Shown: positions 1 to 9,560, counted from the first letter of the stretch. The stretch is 64,000 bases of DNA from an uncultured Desulfobacter sp. (GCF_963665355.2 NZ_OY762228.2:1546120-1610119), one strand, 5' to 3'. Notes: generated by a model from the sequence alone, not told the origin. Numbers and translations are program-made.

Positions 1-23
1 ACCTGTTTGTCGTTGTCGGGCTT

Positions 24-281
24 TTATGCCTTAATTACAGACATGTCATATCCTTTGTGATAAAGGATGCTGGCGGTCTGGTGCCTTATACCGTGAAAAC
101 CAAAAGGTTTGACTCCGGCCCTTTCACAAAGCTTTTTCATGAAATGCCTTCTTTCTTTAAAGGGCTTTCCATAATATGGTTCACAAAAATGCTCTTTATT
201 CAGGCAGACAAAAACGAATGGTGTCTCTTTAATAGGCCTTTCCTGCCATAGCGGCGTTATTTCATTGCATAAATTCCGAGC
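24..281 (-). pseudogene. Tyrosine recombinase (phage-integrase family) C-terminal remnant
   Basis: Minus-strand frame reads ...PFVFVCLNKEHFCEPYYGKPFKERRHFMKKLCERAGVKPFGFHGIRHQTASILYHKGYDMSVIKA*. The FHG-RH-AS-L block is the conserved second Arg/His region of tyrosine recombinases. A stop at 282-284 closes the frame upstream, so the N-terminal domains are missing. The frame ends at 24-26, before the catalytic Tyr segment. Confidence 0.55.
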
Positions 282-287
282 TCATAA

Positions 288-669
288 AAAACTAAGACTG
301 AAAAACGCATTGATGATGTTGAACTCCTTGCTCAACAAATTTCAATTTCCCCTGATATCCTGGTCAAAGACAGTAGATCTTTGGAATCGCTGTTAAAAAA
401 AATTACCGGATGACACTATAATTCAAAAATTTAAAGACCCTGATCCGTTTCACGAACAAGCTTATCCAAGCCCTATTGCCGAAAAAAATGCCATCTCAAA
501 ACTTATTGGCAAACCCCTTTCAAAATTGTCATCTGATCAGATGGAGATAATAGCTCAGCAGATTTCAAAATCCTTGGATAAGAAACAGATAAAGAAAATG
601 ATCGATCAATATTTAATTACAAAACCGAATTTAAGGATTGTCGGGGGAAGAACGGCGAATGATACATGA
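288..669 (+). pseudogene. Start-less ORF remnant split over two frames at an A8 run
   Basis: Frame A (288-413) reads ...RIDDVELLAQQISISPDILVKDSRSLESLLKKITG*. Frame B (397-669) reads KKLPDDTIIQKFKDPDPFHEQAYPSPIAEKNAISKLIGKPLSKLSSDQMEIIAQQISKSLDKKQIKKMIDQYLITKPNLRIVGGRTANDT*. The two frames overlap at AAAAAAAA (395-402). Frame A contains no ATG/GTG/TTG start. Confidence 0.25.
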
Positions 670-789
670 CGTGAAAGAATTTTTGGGGCTTGATCATAAC
701 ATCGGCCAAGAAGTATGTCTTCATAAAGCTTAAAAATGAGAGATAGAAAAAAAGATGTAGATAAAATTAGCCCGGTCTGTGAATAAATA

Positions 790-1248
790 ATGCGCCAAAC
801 AAAAATTATTCACAGAAAGGATCAAGAAAACCCGGGCATGACATCTACATACGCTGAATCTTTTCATAATGCAAATATCAAGACACAATGGTCCAGAGAT
901 GAAGTTTCTATGAAAATTATAGATTTCGAGAACCGTAAAGGCAAACTCAGTCAGCGTGAGTTTGCCATGGATGTCGGCGTTCCCCGCACAACTTTACAAA
1001 ACTGGCTCAACCGGATGGATAAAATAGATGAGGCTCCGGCGATAGTCGCTTTTTTTGAAAGTCCGGCAGGTGTGAAATTTTTACATACCTTGATTCAGGC
1101 CCTCCATTTTGAATTCACCAAGGTGGGATGCGCCAGCATCCGTAATATTTGCAACTTCCTTAAGTTAACCCGGTTATCAAGTTTTGGGCATGATCATTGC
1201 CAATACCATGGGAACCCCCAAATGGGTTCTGCCCTCCTGCAAGGTTGA
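790..1248 (+). mobile_element. HTH-containing transposase-like N-terminal fragment (truncated)
   Basis: 152-aa ORF with a helix-turn-helix segment (LSQREFAMDVGVPRTTLQNWLNRMD) followed by ...FFESPAGVKFLHTLIQALHFEFTKVGCASIRNICNFL. From memory this resembles the N-terminal region of IS/transposase-like proteins. No catalytic domain follows. The ORF ends exactly where a truncated membrane-protein gene begins. Confidence 0.35.
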
Positions 1249-1881
1249 ATTCTTCATCAAGGCGGGCTGGTTCTTCTGGGCGCCGAGGTGCTCTTCAACA
1301 TGATGATTGCCATGCCTGAGGTGATCAAGGCCGTGGGCATGCCTGAAATTCTGGGCGGCGCCTGGATGGGCGGAACCATTGACGCCACGGGCGCGGTGGC
1401 GGCTGCCGGTGCGTTTTTAGGCGAAAAAGCCGCCACCATCAAGATGATCCAGAACGTGCTCATCGGTGTAACGGCCTTCTGTGTGGCCATGTACTGGACC
1501 ATGAAAGTGGAACGTGAGGCCGGCAGAGATGTTGGTGCCATGGAGATCTGGAACCGGTTTCCCAAATTCGTCCTGGGCTTTCTGGCGGCATCCGTCCTCT
1601 TTTCCATCCTGGACAGCAGCCTCGGCAAAGATCTGGGAACAGCCATGCTGGACCAGGGCGTTGTCAGAGGCGGCACACGCCTTTTACGCGGGTGGTTTTT
1701 TGCCCTGTCCTTTGCTGCCATCGGACTGTCCACCAACTTCCGAGAACTTGCCAAATACTTCAAAGGCGGGAAACCGTTGATCCTCTACGTCTGCGGACAA
1801 AGTCTGAACCTGATTCTGACCCTGGGTATGGCATACATTATGTTTTATCTGGTATTCCCTGAAATCACTGCGAAAATATGA
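1249..1881 (+). pseudogene. 5'-truncated YeiH/UPF0324-family integral membrane protein (putative sulfate-exporter family)
   Basis: The C-terminal ~200 aa (…[39 protein letters not shown]…[35 protein letters not shown]…) match the conserved C-terminal half of this family. The N-terminal half is absent. The frame is open from 1249, directly after the TGA of the transposase-like ORF, and the first possible start is GTG at 1288. Confidence 0.6.
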
Positions 1882-1889
1882 AAAACTGA

Positions 1890-1914
1890 GGCCGGGAGCA
1901 AGTTGCTCCCGGCC
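1890..1914 (+). terminator. Stem-loop downstream of the YeiH-like fragment
   Basis: Perfect 10-bp stem GGCCGGGAGC/GCTCCCGGCC with a 5-nt loop. The following U-tract is weak (TGTTAA). Confidence 0.45.
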
Positions 1915-1935
1915 TGTTAACCGGAAACGAATAGT

Positions 1936-2166
1936 ATGAACTCTAAAAACTTTTTGGGCCGAATCGTTAAATTCATTCTTGTCATGGGTTCAACCCTGGT
2001 ACTGATTTACGGGGTACTTCCTATGCTTACAAGTTCCGTGGGAATCCTGAACCGCATGTCCGTCTATCTGGCGGACAACGGCATCAATCCCACCAATTAT
2101 TACTACACAGACGTTGAGCAGGTGGCCGAAGCCGAACAGTATCTGCGAACCGCCCTGGAAGAGTAA
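1936..2166 (+). CDS. Small membrane protein, unknown function
   Basis: 76-aa ORF with one hydrophobic helix (IVKFILVMGSTLVLIYGVLPML). No recognisable family. Confidence 0.4.
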   Translation: MNSKNFLGRIVKFILVMGSTLVLIYGVLPMLTSSVGILNRMSVYLADNGINPTNYYYTDVEQVAEAEQYLRTALEE

Positions 2167-2259
2167 AATCCCCCCAGAAAACTTTGGCTGTATAATCACC
2201 AGAGCTCTCCGGGGTAAAAGGCGGAGGGCTCTGGGAACAAGACTTTTTGGCAGTTCCTG

Positions 2260-2673
2260 CTACCGGCCGGCCGGGACGTTATCCAGCACCATGATCTCCT
2301 GGGTGCCGATAAAGGCCTCCTCGCCGGTTGTGTATCCGGTGAGTGTCAGTGTGTTATAATCGCCGATAACCAGCCCGTCCAGTGTCTTTATTTCATTTGA
2401 AGCAAATTTGGCGACAAAATTCCCCCGGTCATCGGATTTCCACCAGTCTATGGCCACGCCATTCAAAAATACAGTCGCGCCGACCACCAGGTCGTAGGCG
2501 ATATCTGTATGAACCGTGACAACGGTACTGTTGCTTTGAATGTTCAGCACATTGGGAGAGACATCAATTTCGATGTCAAAGGCGTGACACGGGGCAGGCA
2601 TTTGCAGCAAAAAAAGCGAAAAGACCGCAAAACTGCAAAGGGACAAACAAAGGGATTTCATTCTTTTTTCCAT
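2260..2673 (-). CDS. Exported protein, unknown function
   Basis: AGGAGG lies 7 nt upstream of the ATG at 2673 (MEKRMKSLCLSLCSFAVFSLFLLQMPAPCHA, a signal peptide). The mature part is beta-rich. The longer ORF extending to 2718 lacks an RBS. Confidence 0.55.
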   Translation of the reverse strand: MEKRMKSLCLSLCSFAVFSLFLLQMPAPCHAFDIEIDVSPNVLNIQSNSTVVTVHTDIAYDLVVGATVFLNGVAIDWWKSDDRGNFVAKFASNEIKTLDGLVIGDYNTLTLTGYTTGEEAFIGTQEIMVLDNVPAGR

Positions 2674-2781
2674 GACTTTTCCTCCTGTGTTGGCCGTCTG
2701 CTCCGCCGTTATACGCATTATGCACCGGAATTGCGAAAGCAGACGTTTCTGGGGTTTTGAAACTTTCTAATTATCTGATTT

Positions 2782-3831
2782 TTAATAATCATCTGTCAAG
2801 GTCATTAAAAAGGCTTGGATTTTTTCCAGGTCTGTCTGTGACAGCCCCAGGTTCCCGACCGCGTCTGACAGGTTGTCATTCACTTCCGGTGTAAAACCTG
2901 TGTGGTCATTTATAAACTCAAGCATTTCCATGAGGGTTGGAAAATAACCGTTGTGGGAGTAAGGAGCGGACAGCGCGATGTTACGCAGGGTCGGGATTTT
3001 GAATTTTCCGTTTTGGGCGTCATCTCCGACCACAGGCCCCAGACCCAGATCCGGCTCCGATGGAATTCCAGGGTTGGCCGGAACGCCGATATTGGCATAC
3101 CGGTAATTGGTGAAAAGAGGTGCCGGTGCACCAAACGCCTCTGTCGTAGAATGACAGGCGGCACAATTAGCCTCAAAAAGGACCCGGCCGGCCTCCTCAT
3201 CATCGGAAAGAGCTGCAGTGTCAAACTTAGAGCTGAATTTGGTTACATCGGTGGAGCGTTCATATGCCGCGATGGCTTCGCCGAATTTATTATAGGCATC
3301 GTCCACGTCAGTCAGTGATCCACTGCCGAAAACACTGAACCACAGATTGACGTAAGCAGAATTCTCAATCACATCAATCACCGCAGCTTTGCTGGGCATA
3401 GCCATTTCAACAGGATTTAAGGGCGGACCCTGGGCCTGTTCTGCAAGGGGGTCTCCCAAGACCCAACCGGCCGCACGACCGTCCCAGAACATACCGCCGA
3501 CCCACTCTCCGTCGATATTTTCCAAAATCGGGCTGAATCCGGCATAGGCAGAAGACGGGGCGTTCCGACCGCCTTTGCTGATCCCGTCCGCGCCCGTTGA
3601 AACAAAATTGGCAACGGGATCCAGGTGATTGGTAATATCCGCAAATCCGCTGAAGTGGTGATGGCAGTTCCGGCAGGACTGCTCACCGTTAAATGACATG
3701 TTCTTGTCGTTATAAAGCCGCATCCCGAGTTTTTCCATCTTGGAACTGACTGTCGGACTGCCGCCGGCAGCCCAGGCCGCCGAAACCAGAAACAGTGAAC
3801 TTACAAAAATACCTGTCAGTTTTTTCATCAT
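2782..3831 (-). CDS. Di-haem cytochrome c peroxidase (CcpA/MauG family)
   Basis: Signal peptide, two CxxCH haem motifs (CRNCH, CAACH), and the family motifs GMFWDGR, KIPTLRN and SAPYSHNG. Confidence 0.85.
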   Translation of the reverse strand: MMKKLTGIFVSSLFLVSAAWAAGGSPTVSSKMEKLGMRLYNDKNMSFNGEQSCRNCHHHFSGFADITNHLDPVANFVSTGADGISKGGRNAPSSAYAGFSPILENIDGEWVGGMFWDGRAAGWVLGDPLAEQAQGPPLNPVEMAMPSKAAVIDVIENSAYVNLWFSVFGSGSLTDVDDAYNKFGEAIAAYERSTDVTKFSSKFDTAALSDDEEAGRVLFEANCAACHSTTEAFGAPAPLFTNYRYANIGVPANPGIPSEPDLGLGPVVGDDAQNGKFKIPTLRNIALSAPYSHNGYFPTLMEMLEFINDHTGFTPEVNDNLSDAVGNLGLSQTDLEKIQAFLMTLTDDY

Positions 3832-3857
3832 GTTGCTCTCCTTTTAATCTTTTTTTA

Positions 3858-3876
3858 GGTGCAAAAAATCCGCCTT
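3858..3876 (-). promoter_or_regulatory. Possible sigma-54 (-24/-12) promoter upstream of the peroxidase gene
   Basis: The minus strand reads AAGGCGGATTTTTTGCACC, with GG-N10-GC spacing and a TTGCA -12 element, about 30 nt upstream of the ATG. The -24 half is imperfect and there is no adjacent bEBP. Confidence 0.3.
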
Positions 3877-4146
3877 GGGACGGAATAAATAACCAACAAA
3901 AAAAAATGATGCAGAATTTATGAAACCACCTCCTTATCGTTTGGATGAAAACACGTTCGATAAAGATTTTTCTGTTAAAAGACGGCATGCAGGCCGGCTG
4001 GTGATCAGTAGATACCGATAATGGGGAACTCTACCAGACGTAATTTTGAAAGGGTATTGGCAAAATGCCTAGTTCAAACACAGCCACCGGCTTACTAAAA
4101 AAGAACCGGTGGCTTAAAATTTCAGAGATGAAGGGCTTGCCCGAAA

Positions 4147-4806
4147 TTACAGGTTGGTGATGCCTTCCCGTATGGCAAATTTGGTCAGTTCAGCAATGGA
4201 ATGAAGGCCAACCTTGTCCATGATGTTTCTTCTGTGGGCATCGACGGTTTTTGAACTTAATTGAAGTTTTCCAGCGATCTCTTTGGTGTTCAGGCCTTCG
4301 GAAATCAGTTGAAGGATCTCTCGTTCCCGGTCGGTCAGGTTTTTCCTGTTCGTATTCCGGCCTGTTTCATTTTCAGGAACAACCCTGGACAAATACCCTT
4401 CCACAATGGTCCCTGCAATTTTAGGGCTGATGTAGACTTGTCCTTTTGCCACCAGACGGATGGCTGAAACCAGTTCCCTTGCGATGCAATTTTTCAAAAT
4501 ATAACCGGATACGCCCGCCTGGAACATCCCCTCCACAAACCGCTTGTCCGAATGCATGGAAAGGGCCAGAACTTTAGTTCCGGGAACCTCGGAGATTATT
4601 TTCCGGGTGGCTTCCATACCGTTTAATTCGGGCATGGAGACATCCATGATCACAAGGTCCGGGTTAAATTTTTTTACTGCGGACAAGGCGGCCACGCCGC
4701 TGTCTGCCTCGGCCATCACCAGAAAATCGCGTTCTCTGTCAAGAAGCAGCCGAAGCCCTTCACGGATTACATGGTGATCGTCGGCAAGAATGATACTTGT
4801 TTGCAT
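4147..4806 (-). CDS. NarL/LuxR-family response regulator
   Basis: REC domain (ILADDHHVIREGL…DVSMPELNG) plus a C-terminal LuxR HTH (LTDREREILQLISEGLNTKEIAGKLQLSSKTVDAHRRNIMDKV). Confidence 0.9.
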   Translation of the reverse strand: MQTSIILADDHHVIREGLRLLLDRERDFLVMAEADSGVAALSAVKKFNPDLVIMDVSMPELNGMEATRKIISEVPGTKVLALSMHSDKRFVEGMFQAGVSGYILKNCIARELVSAIRLVAKGQVYISPKIAGTIVEGYLSRVVPENETGRNTNRKNLTDREREILQLISEGLNTKEIAGKLQLSSKTVDAHRRNIMDKVGLHSIAELTKFAIREGITNL

Positions 4807-4889
4807 AATGCGTCCTTTTTTATAAGAAAGTCTGTATAACAGCCACGGCCTGAGTGTGAAGATTAATATGCCAGATCAACCCGTGGCTG

Positions 4890-6689
4890 TTACAGGGAAT
4901 CCTTCACATTGTAAGGAACTTTCAGAATTGCCCGGGTTCCCGCACCGGTTTCAGACTGGACAGTGAATTCACCGCCAATGGAACGGAACCGTTCCCGGAT
5001 GCTGAAAAGGCCGAATCCCATATTTTTATACTGCATTTCAGAATCAAACCCGATGCCGTTATCCGTAACACAGATTTCAAGAAAATTGGTTCCGTCAGAG
5101 AACCGGACGGTTGTTTTTGTAGCCTTTGCGTGCTTGATAATATTATGGAGCAGTTCTCGTACCGTCCTGAAAATAAGAATATTGAGACTGTTATCCAACC
5201 GTTGTCCATCCAGATCTCCCTCCAGACGGATATCAATGCCGCTTTGCATGCATGTGTTTTCAAAAAGCCACTCCAGTGCCGGTTTCAGCCCCAGTTCATA
5301 AAGAACCGGCGGGCTGATTTCAAAGGTCAGGGTACGGGTTTCCTGGATAATTTCTTCAAGTATATCCTCCAGTTCTTCTATTTTCCGGACACCGCCGGTA
5401 TTGTCCGTTGCCCGGAAATCCTTCAGCATAGCCAGTTTTAACTGGCAGATGGCCAGTTTTTGACTGATCTGGTCGTGAAGGTCTGATGCAAGACGTCGCC
5501 GTTCCGTTTCCTCAGTTAAAAGCAGTTTATAAGTAAGATGACGCAGCCGGGTTCGCTGGGACTGCAATTTTTCTTCGTAGCTTTTCCGCTCCCGGATTTC
5601 ATGATTTAAGCGGGTATTGGTCCGTTGCAGATTTTCATGAACCCGGGTGAGTTTATCAAAAAGAGCCTGGAACTCACTGCACAAAATACCTATCTCATCA
5701 TTTCGGTTCAGACATAACAACGGCATAACCGGGGTTGCGTCCCCTAAAGAAACGACTCTTGCCGTCAATTTTCCTAAAGGATCAATGACCACCCGGTTTA
5801 ATAGAAAATACATGACAAGCAGCAGGGCAACTCCGGCAAGACAGGTAGAAATCAATACAAAAAACATTGTATTTTTGGCATATTTCATAATCTGCCGGGG
5901 AAGTTCGACCCGGATGATGATGTCAGAGGAATCGGTCAGCCCTTTAAATATATCGTACACGAAAAGCCTTTTTTTATCCTGTTCTTCAAATATGGGTCCG
6001 GCATTGTTTAACAGTTTTTCAACCATTGCCCGGGAATCAGCCGGCAGGGCCGGGTCCTGAAAGAGCCAATATTGGTGGTCCACCTTGGTCTGGGCTGTAA
6101 GGGTTTTCATATAGGCTTTGTCCAGAAAGCGCCCCATGATCAGATAGCCCTTTGCCGGACCTTGGTGAAGGCTGCGGATGATCGGTCGTGATGACACAAG
6201 AAGCGGCCCCTTGTCTGTGGCATAAACCCCGGCAACACTGCTCTCTATATCTTGTGTGTGCGCCATGAATACATGGGACAGGGATAAACGGTCATCTGAA
6301 AACTGGGGGATCTTCAGTTCTGAGACGGTTTCTAACTCCAGTATTTTTTTCCAGAGAATGCGGCCCTTCAGGTCCAGAAGCATGATGACATTTAACCGGT
6401 TGTCGGTGAAAGTCTTCTGAACAAGGTTAGACCGGATAAAATCCATATTGGGGTTTTGAATGAATTCATAGGCATCGTCCCAGGCGGCCCAGTCATGGAC
6501 GAACTCGTCCAGGTAGTGAATTTCCCGTCTCAGGGCTTCTATGCACCGGTTCAAATCCTTTTCGGCTTCAAGCCTTTCCTGAATGACGAAAGCGGGGAAC
6601 ACCACGAAGCACTCAATGCCGCAGCTAAGAATACCGTATACCAGGAGCACCGCCAGTAAAACACCCAGAATTTTTGTTTTTAATTTCAT
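4890..6689 (-). CDS. Sensor histidine kinase (CHASE4-like sensor, HAMP, HisKA_3, HATPase)
   Basis: Two TM helices flank a periplasmic domain with a WDDAYEF motif (CHASE4-like). HisKA_3 H-box LHDQISQKLA. ATPase motifs DNGIGF and FGLFSIRER. Sits upstream of the LuxR-type regulator. Confidence 0.85.
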   Translation of the reverse strand: MKLKTKILGVLLAVLLVYGILSCGIECFVVFPAFVIQERLEAEKDLNRCIEALRREIHYLDEFVHDWAAWDDAYEFIQNPNMDFIRSNLVQKTFTDNRLNVIMLLDLKGRILWKKILELETVSELKIPQFSDDRLSLSHVFMAHTQDIESSVAGVYATDKGPLLVSSRPIIRSLHQGPAKGYLIMGRFLDKAYMKTLTAQTKVDHQYWLFQDPALPADSRAMVEKLLNNAGPIFEEQDKKRLFVYDIFKGLTDSSDIIIRVELPRQIMKYAKNTMFFVLISTCLAGVALLLVMYFLLNRVVIDPLGKLTARVVSLGDATPVMPLLCLNRNDEIGILCSEFQALFDKLTRVHENLQRTNTRLNHEIRERKSYEEKLQSQRTRLRHLTYKLLLTEETERRRLASDLHDQISQKLAICQLKLAMLKDFRATDNTGGVRKIEELEDILEEIIQETRTLTFEISPPVLYELGLKPALEWLFENTCMQSGIDIRLEGDLDGQRLDNSLNILIFRTVRELLHNIIKHAKATKTTVRFSDGTNFLEICVTDNGIGFDSEMQYKNMGFGLFSIRERFRSIGGEFTVQSETGAGTRAILKVPYNVKDSL

Positions 6690-6846
6690 GGCTGATAATA
6701 AGGATTATCCGCGTCCAGTGCAACTCTAAGCGCTGATTATTCAAGGACAGGTCTATTTTTCCCCATTGTTCCCTTTTCCCATGTTTTTTCAGGATCAGGC
6801 AAAAATTCAGAAGTATCAGACTGCTGCGATTGCATTCTTTTTTTTT

Positions 6847-6867
6847 ATACTGATATTATATCAGTAT
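6847..6867. promoter_or_regulatory. Perfect 10-1-10 palindrome (candidate operator) in a divergent intergenic region
   Basis: ATACTGATAT-T-ATATCAGTAT, flanked by direct repeats TCAGACTGCTGCGATTGC (6816-6833) and TCAGACTGCTGTGAATTGC (6878-6896). Confidence 0.4.
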
Positions 6868-6942
6868 TCACTTCTTTTCAGACTGCTGTGAATTGCTTGC
6901 CTGATGGTCAGTAACAGGAATGAACCCGAAGGATAAAAGGAG

Positions 6943-7866
6943 ATGTCCATGGACCGGCGTGATTTTTTAATCAAAACAATCGGCAGCGGCATTGCTGCGG
7001 GAACCACCCTGGCCCTTCCCGGAATGGGAAGGCTTCTGGCTGCAACTGACGCCCCGAAAGAATATGATCTTGTGGCCGTCATGGGCTCGACTCCCGATCA
7101 GATGTTTGACAGGGCCATGACCGCCTGGGGCGGGATAAAGAAATTTGTACCCAAGGGAAGCAGGGTGGTTGTCAAACCCAATATCGGCTGGGATGTGCCG
7201 CCCGAGCGTGCGGGCAACACCCACCCGGCACTTGTGGGACGAATTGTCGAACTGTGCATGGATGCCGGGGCAACGCAGGTGGTTGTGTTTGACCACAGTT
7301 GTGACAACTGGCGGCGCACCTATCGAAACAGCGGCATTGAAGCTGCGGTGAAAGCGGCCGGCGGGAAGCTGGTGGCGGCAGACAGCGAAGAAGATTATCG
7401 AAAGGTTGCCGTGCCCGGGGGAACGCGGCTGAAGGACGCATTGGTGCATAAGGCCCTGCTGGACGCGGATGTATTCATCAACGCACCGGTACTCAAGCAT
7501 CACAGCTCGTCCATGGTGACCATTGGCATGAAAAACCTGATGGGCGTTGTGTGGGATCGCGGATACTGGCACCGCAACGATCTCCACCAGTGCATTGCCG
7601 ACTTTGCCTCATTCCGCAAACCCGATCTTACGGTGGTGGATGCCTTTAATGTCATGAAGCGCAATGGCCCCAGGGGCGTTTCGGTCAATGATGTGGTTTC
7701 CGTGAAAGCCCAGGTGGTTTCGGCTGATCCCGTGGCAGCCGACGCTGCGGCCGTCAAAATTTTCGGTGCGGAACCCGGCGATATCAGGCATATTCAGATC
7801 GCCCACCAGATGGGCCTGGGCCGGATGGATCTTGAAAACCTTTCCATTCAACGTATCCGTATATAG
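6943..7866 (+). CDS. Tat-exported DUF362 domain protein
   Basis: Twin-arginine signal (MSMDRRDFLIKT…). DUF362 hallmarks VVVKPNIGW, NTHPALV, DADVFINAPVLKHH, MKNLMG, DLTVVDAF, GPRG and SADPVAADAAA. Confidence 0.8.
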   Translation: MSMDRRDFLIKTIGSGIAAGTTLALPGMGRLLAATDAPKEYDLVAVMGSTPDQMFDRAMTAWGGIKKFVPKGSRVVVKPNIGWDVPPERAGNTHPALVGRIVELCMDAGATQVVVFDHSCDNWRRTYRNSGIEAAVKAAGGKLVAADSEEDYRKVAVPGGTRLKDALVHKALLDADVFINAPVLKHHSSSMVTIGMKNLMGVVWDRGYWHRNDLHQCIADFASFRKPDLTVVDAFNVMKRNGPRGVSVNDVVSVKAQVVSADPVAADAAAVKIFGAEPGDIRHIQIAHQMGLGRMDLENLSIQRIRI

Positions 7867-9474
7867 ATGATGCGCCGCTGCCTGAAACCGTTCCGGGTGG
7901 GTATTGCCCTGGTGTTTTTTGTGCCGGTCTGCGCTGTGTTCCTGGATCTCTGGGATACCGGGGTGCGACTCTGGGCGGACAATTGGCTGTTTTTTCAATT
8001 TGTCCCCTCCCTGATGGCATTTTTAAACCATGCATCCCCCAAGGCCTGGGGCTTTATTGTGGTGTTGCTTCTGACCCTGGTGTTCGGCCGGGTCTACTGT
8101 GCCATGATCTGTCCCCTGGGGATATTTCAGGATCTTATTTTCCGCCTTTTTTCCAGGCGCGCTTCAACGGGCAGAACAAAGGACAGCACCCGCAGATTCA
8201 GCTATGCTCCGCCCAAACGAGTGCTCCGGTATGGCCTATTGGCACTGACACTGTTTTCGTTCCTGCTGGGCAGCCACCTGGTGCTGAACCTGCTTGACCC
8301 CTTCAGCAGTTTCGGCCGGATTCTGACCAATGCCACAAGACCATTGGTGACAGCGGGCAACAATTTTCTGGTGCCTGTGGCAGAAATGGCCGCAAACCCG
8401 GCCCTGTATCGGATTCCCTGGCCGACAGTTATGCCCTGGGCCCTTGGCGTGGCCCTTGGAACACTTATGACCATCGGATGGCTCAGTGCCCGGCACGGCC
8501 GGCTCTACTGCAACACCATCTGTCCGGTGGGCACCCTGCTGGGCCTTGTGTCAAAAAGGGCGCTGTTTAAAATCCGCATGGACATCGCCTCCTGCCGCAC
8601 CTGCGGGCTGTGCAGCCGGGTGTGCCGGGCCCGGTGTATTGATGTCAAGGCCGGCCGGGTGGACACCAGCCGCTGCGTGGTTTGTTTCAACTGCCTGTCG
8701 GCGTGTCCTGATCAAACGAGTTTAACGTTTACCACCGCCTGGAAAAAGAACACCTGGGATGTACCGGAACAAAGCCGCCGAAATTTTTTGTTCGCCATTG
8801 CCGCAGGTTGTCTGGGGTCTGTTGCCGCCCGCCTTGACGCCGCCCCCCGGGACCCTGCGGTTCAAAGCCGGCCCACCACCGTGGCCGAACAGCGAACTAC
8901 GGCTCTGACACCCCCCGGTTCCACCGGGATCAGGCAGTTTTGCTCCACCTGCACGGCCTGCCATCTGTGCGTTGCGGCCTGTCCCTCCCGTGTGCTCGTG
9001 CCGGCACTTTTCTCCCATGGACTGTCCGGATTTATGATGCCGCGCATGGATTTCTCTTCGGGGTTCTGCAACTATGACTGCACAGTCTGTTCCCATGTGT
9101 GTCCCAGCGGTGCCATCCTGCCCCTGACAACAGAAAAAAAACAGCGCATCCAGGTGGGCCGGGCCATATTTATCAGGGAAAACTGTGTGGTCCATACGGA
9201 CAACACCAATTGCGGGGCCTGTTCTGAACACTGTCCCACAAAGGCCGTGCACATGGTGCCCTACCTGACGGCAAAGGGCCGCAAACTTGTGATCCCCCGG
9301 GTGGATGAAACAATTTGCGTGGGGTGCGGCGCATGCGAACATGCCTGCCCCACAAAACCGTTTAAAGCCATCTATGTGGATGGCCATTCAGTGCATAAAA
9401 GGGCTGAAACGCCCAGGGTTGAAAAAAAAGTTGAAAAGATTGACATGGAGCCAGGAATGGATTTCCCCTTTTAG
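7867..9474 (+). CDS. Membrane-bound polyferredoxin (NapH/MauN-like 4Fe-4S binding protein)
   Basis: N-terminal TM helices with FGRVYCAMICPLG and YCNTICPVG motifs, followed by several CxxCxxCxxxCP ferredoxin clusters. The start codon directly abuts the DUF362 stop. Confidence 0.8.
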   Translation: MMRRCLKPFRVGIALVFFVPVCAVFLDLWDTGVRLWADNWLFFQFVPSLMAFLNHASPKAWGFIVVLLLTLVFGRVYCAMICPLGIFQDLIFRLFSRRASTGRTKDSTRRFSYAPPKRVLRYGLLALTLFSFLLGSHLVLNLLDPFSSFGRILTNATRPLVTAGNNFLVPVAEMAANPALYRIPWPTVMPWALGVALGTLMTIGWLSARHGRLYCNTICPVGTLLGLVSKRALFKIRMDIASCRTCGLCSRVCRARCIDVKAGRVDTSRCVVCFNCLSACPDQTSLTFTTAWKKNTWDVPEQSRRNFLFAIAAGCLGSVAARLDAAPRDPAVQSRPTTVAEQRTTALTPPGSTGIRQFCSTCTACHLCVAACPSRVLVPALFSHGLSGFMMPRMDFSSGFCNYDCTVCSHVCPSGAILPLTTEKKQRIQVGRAIFIRENCVVHTDNTNCGACSEHCPTKAVHMVPYLTAKGRKLVIPRVDETICVGCGACEHACPTKPFKAIYVDGHSVHKRAETPRVEKKVEKIDMEPGMDFPF

Positions 9475-9560
9475 ATCCTCCTTTCCCGGACCTGTCCGGA
9501 ACCCCGCCCGCTTGGCAATAAAGAGTCCGGACAACAAAAAGCTGTAAAGGAGTGTTGCAT

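Noticed and set aside
790-1881. Possibility that the TGA at 1246-1248 is read through (for example as selenocysteine), giving one 363-aa HTH-YeiH fusion, because both ORFs are in the same frame
   Set aside because: The two halves belong to unrelated protein types (soluble HTH/transposase-like versus the C-terminal half of a polytopic transporter-like protein). The YeiH part lacks its N-terminal half. I see no SECIS-like hairpin immediately after the TGA. A breakpoint is the simpler explanation.
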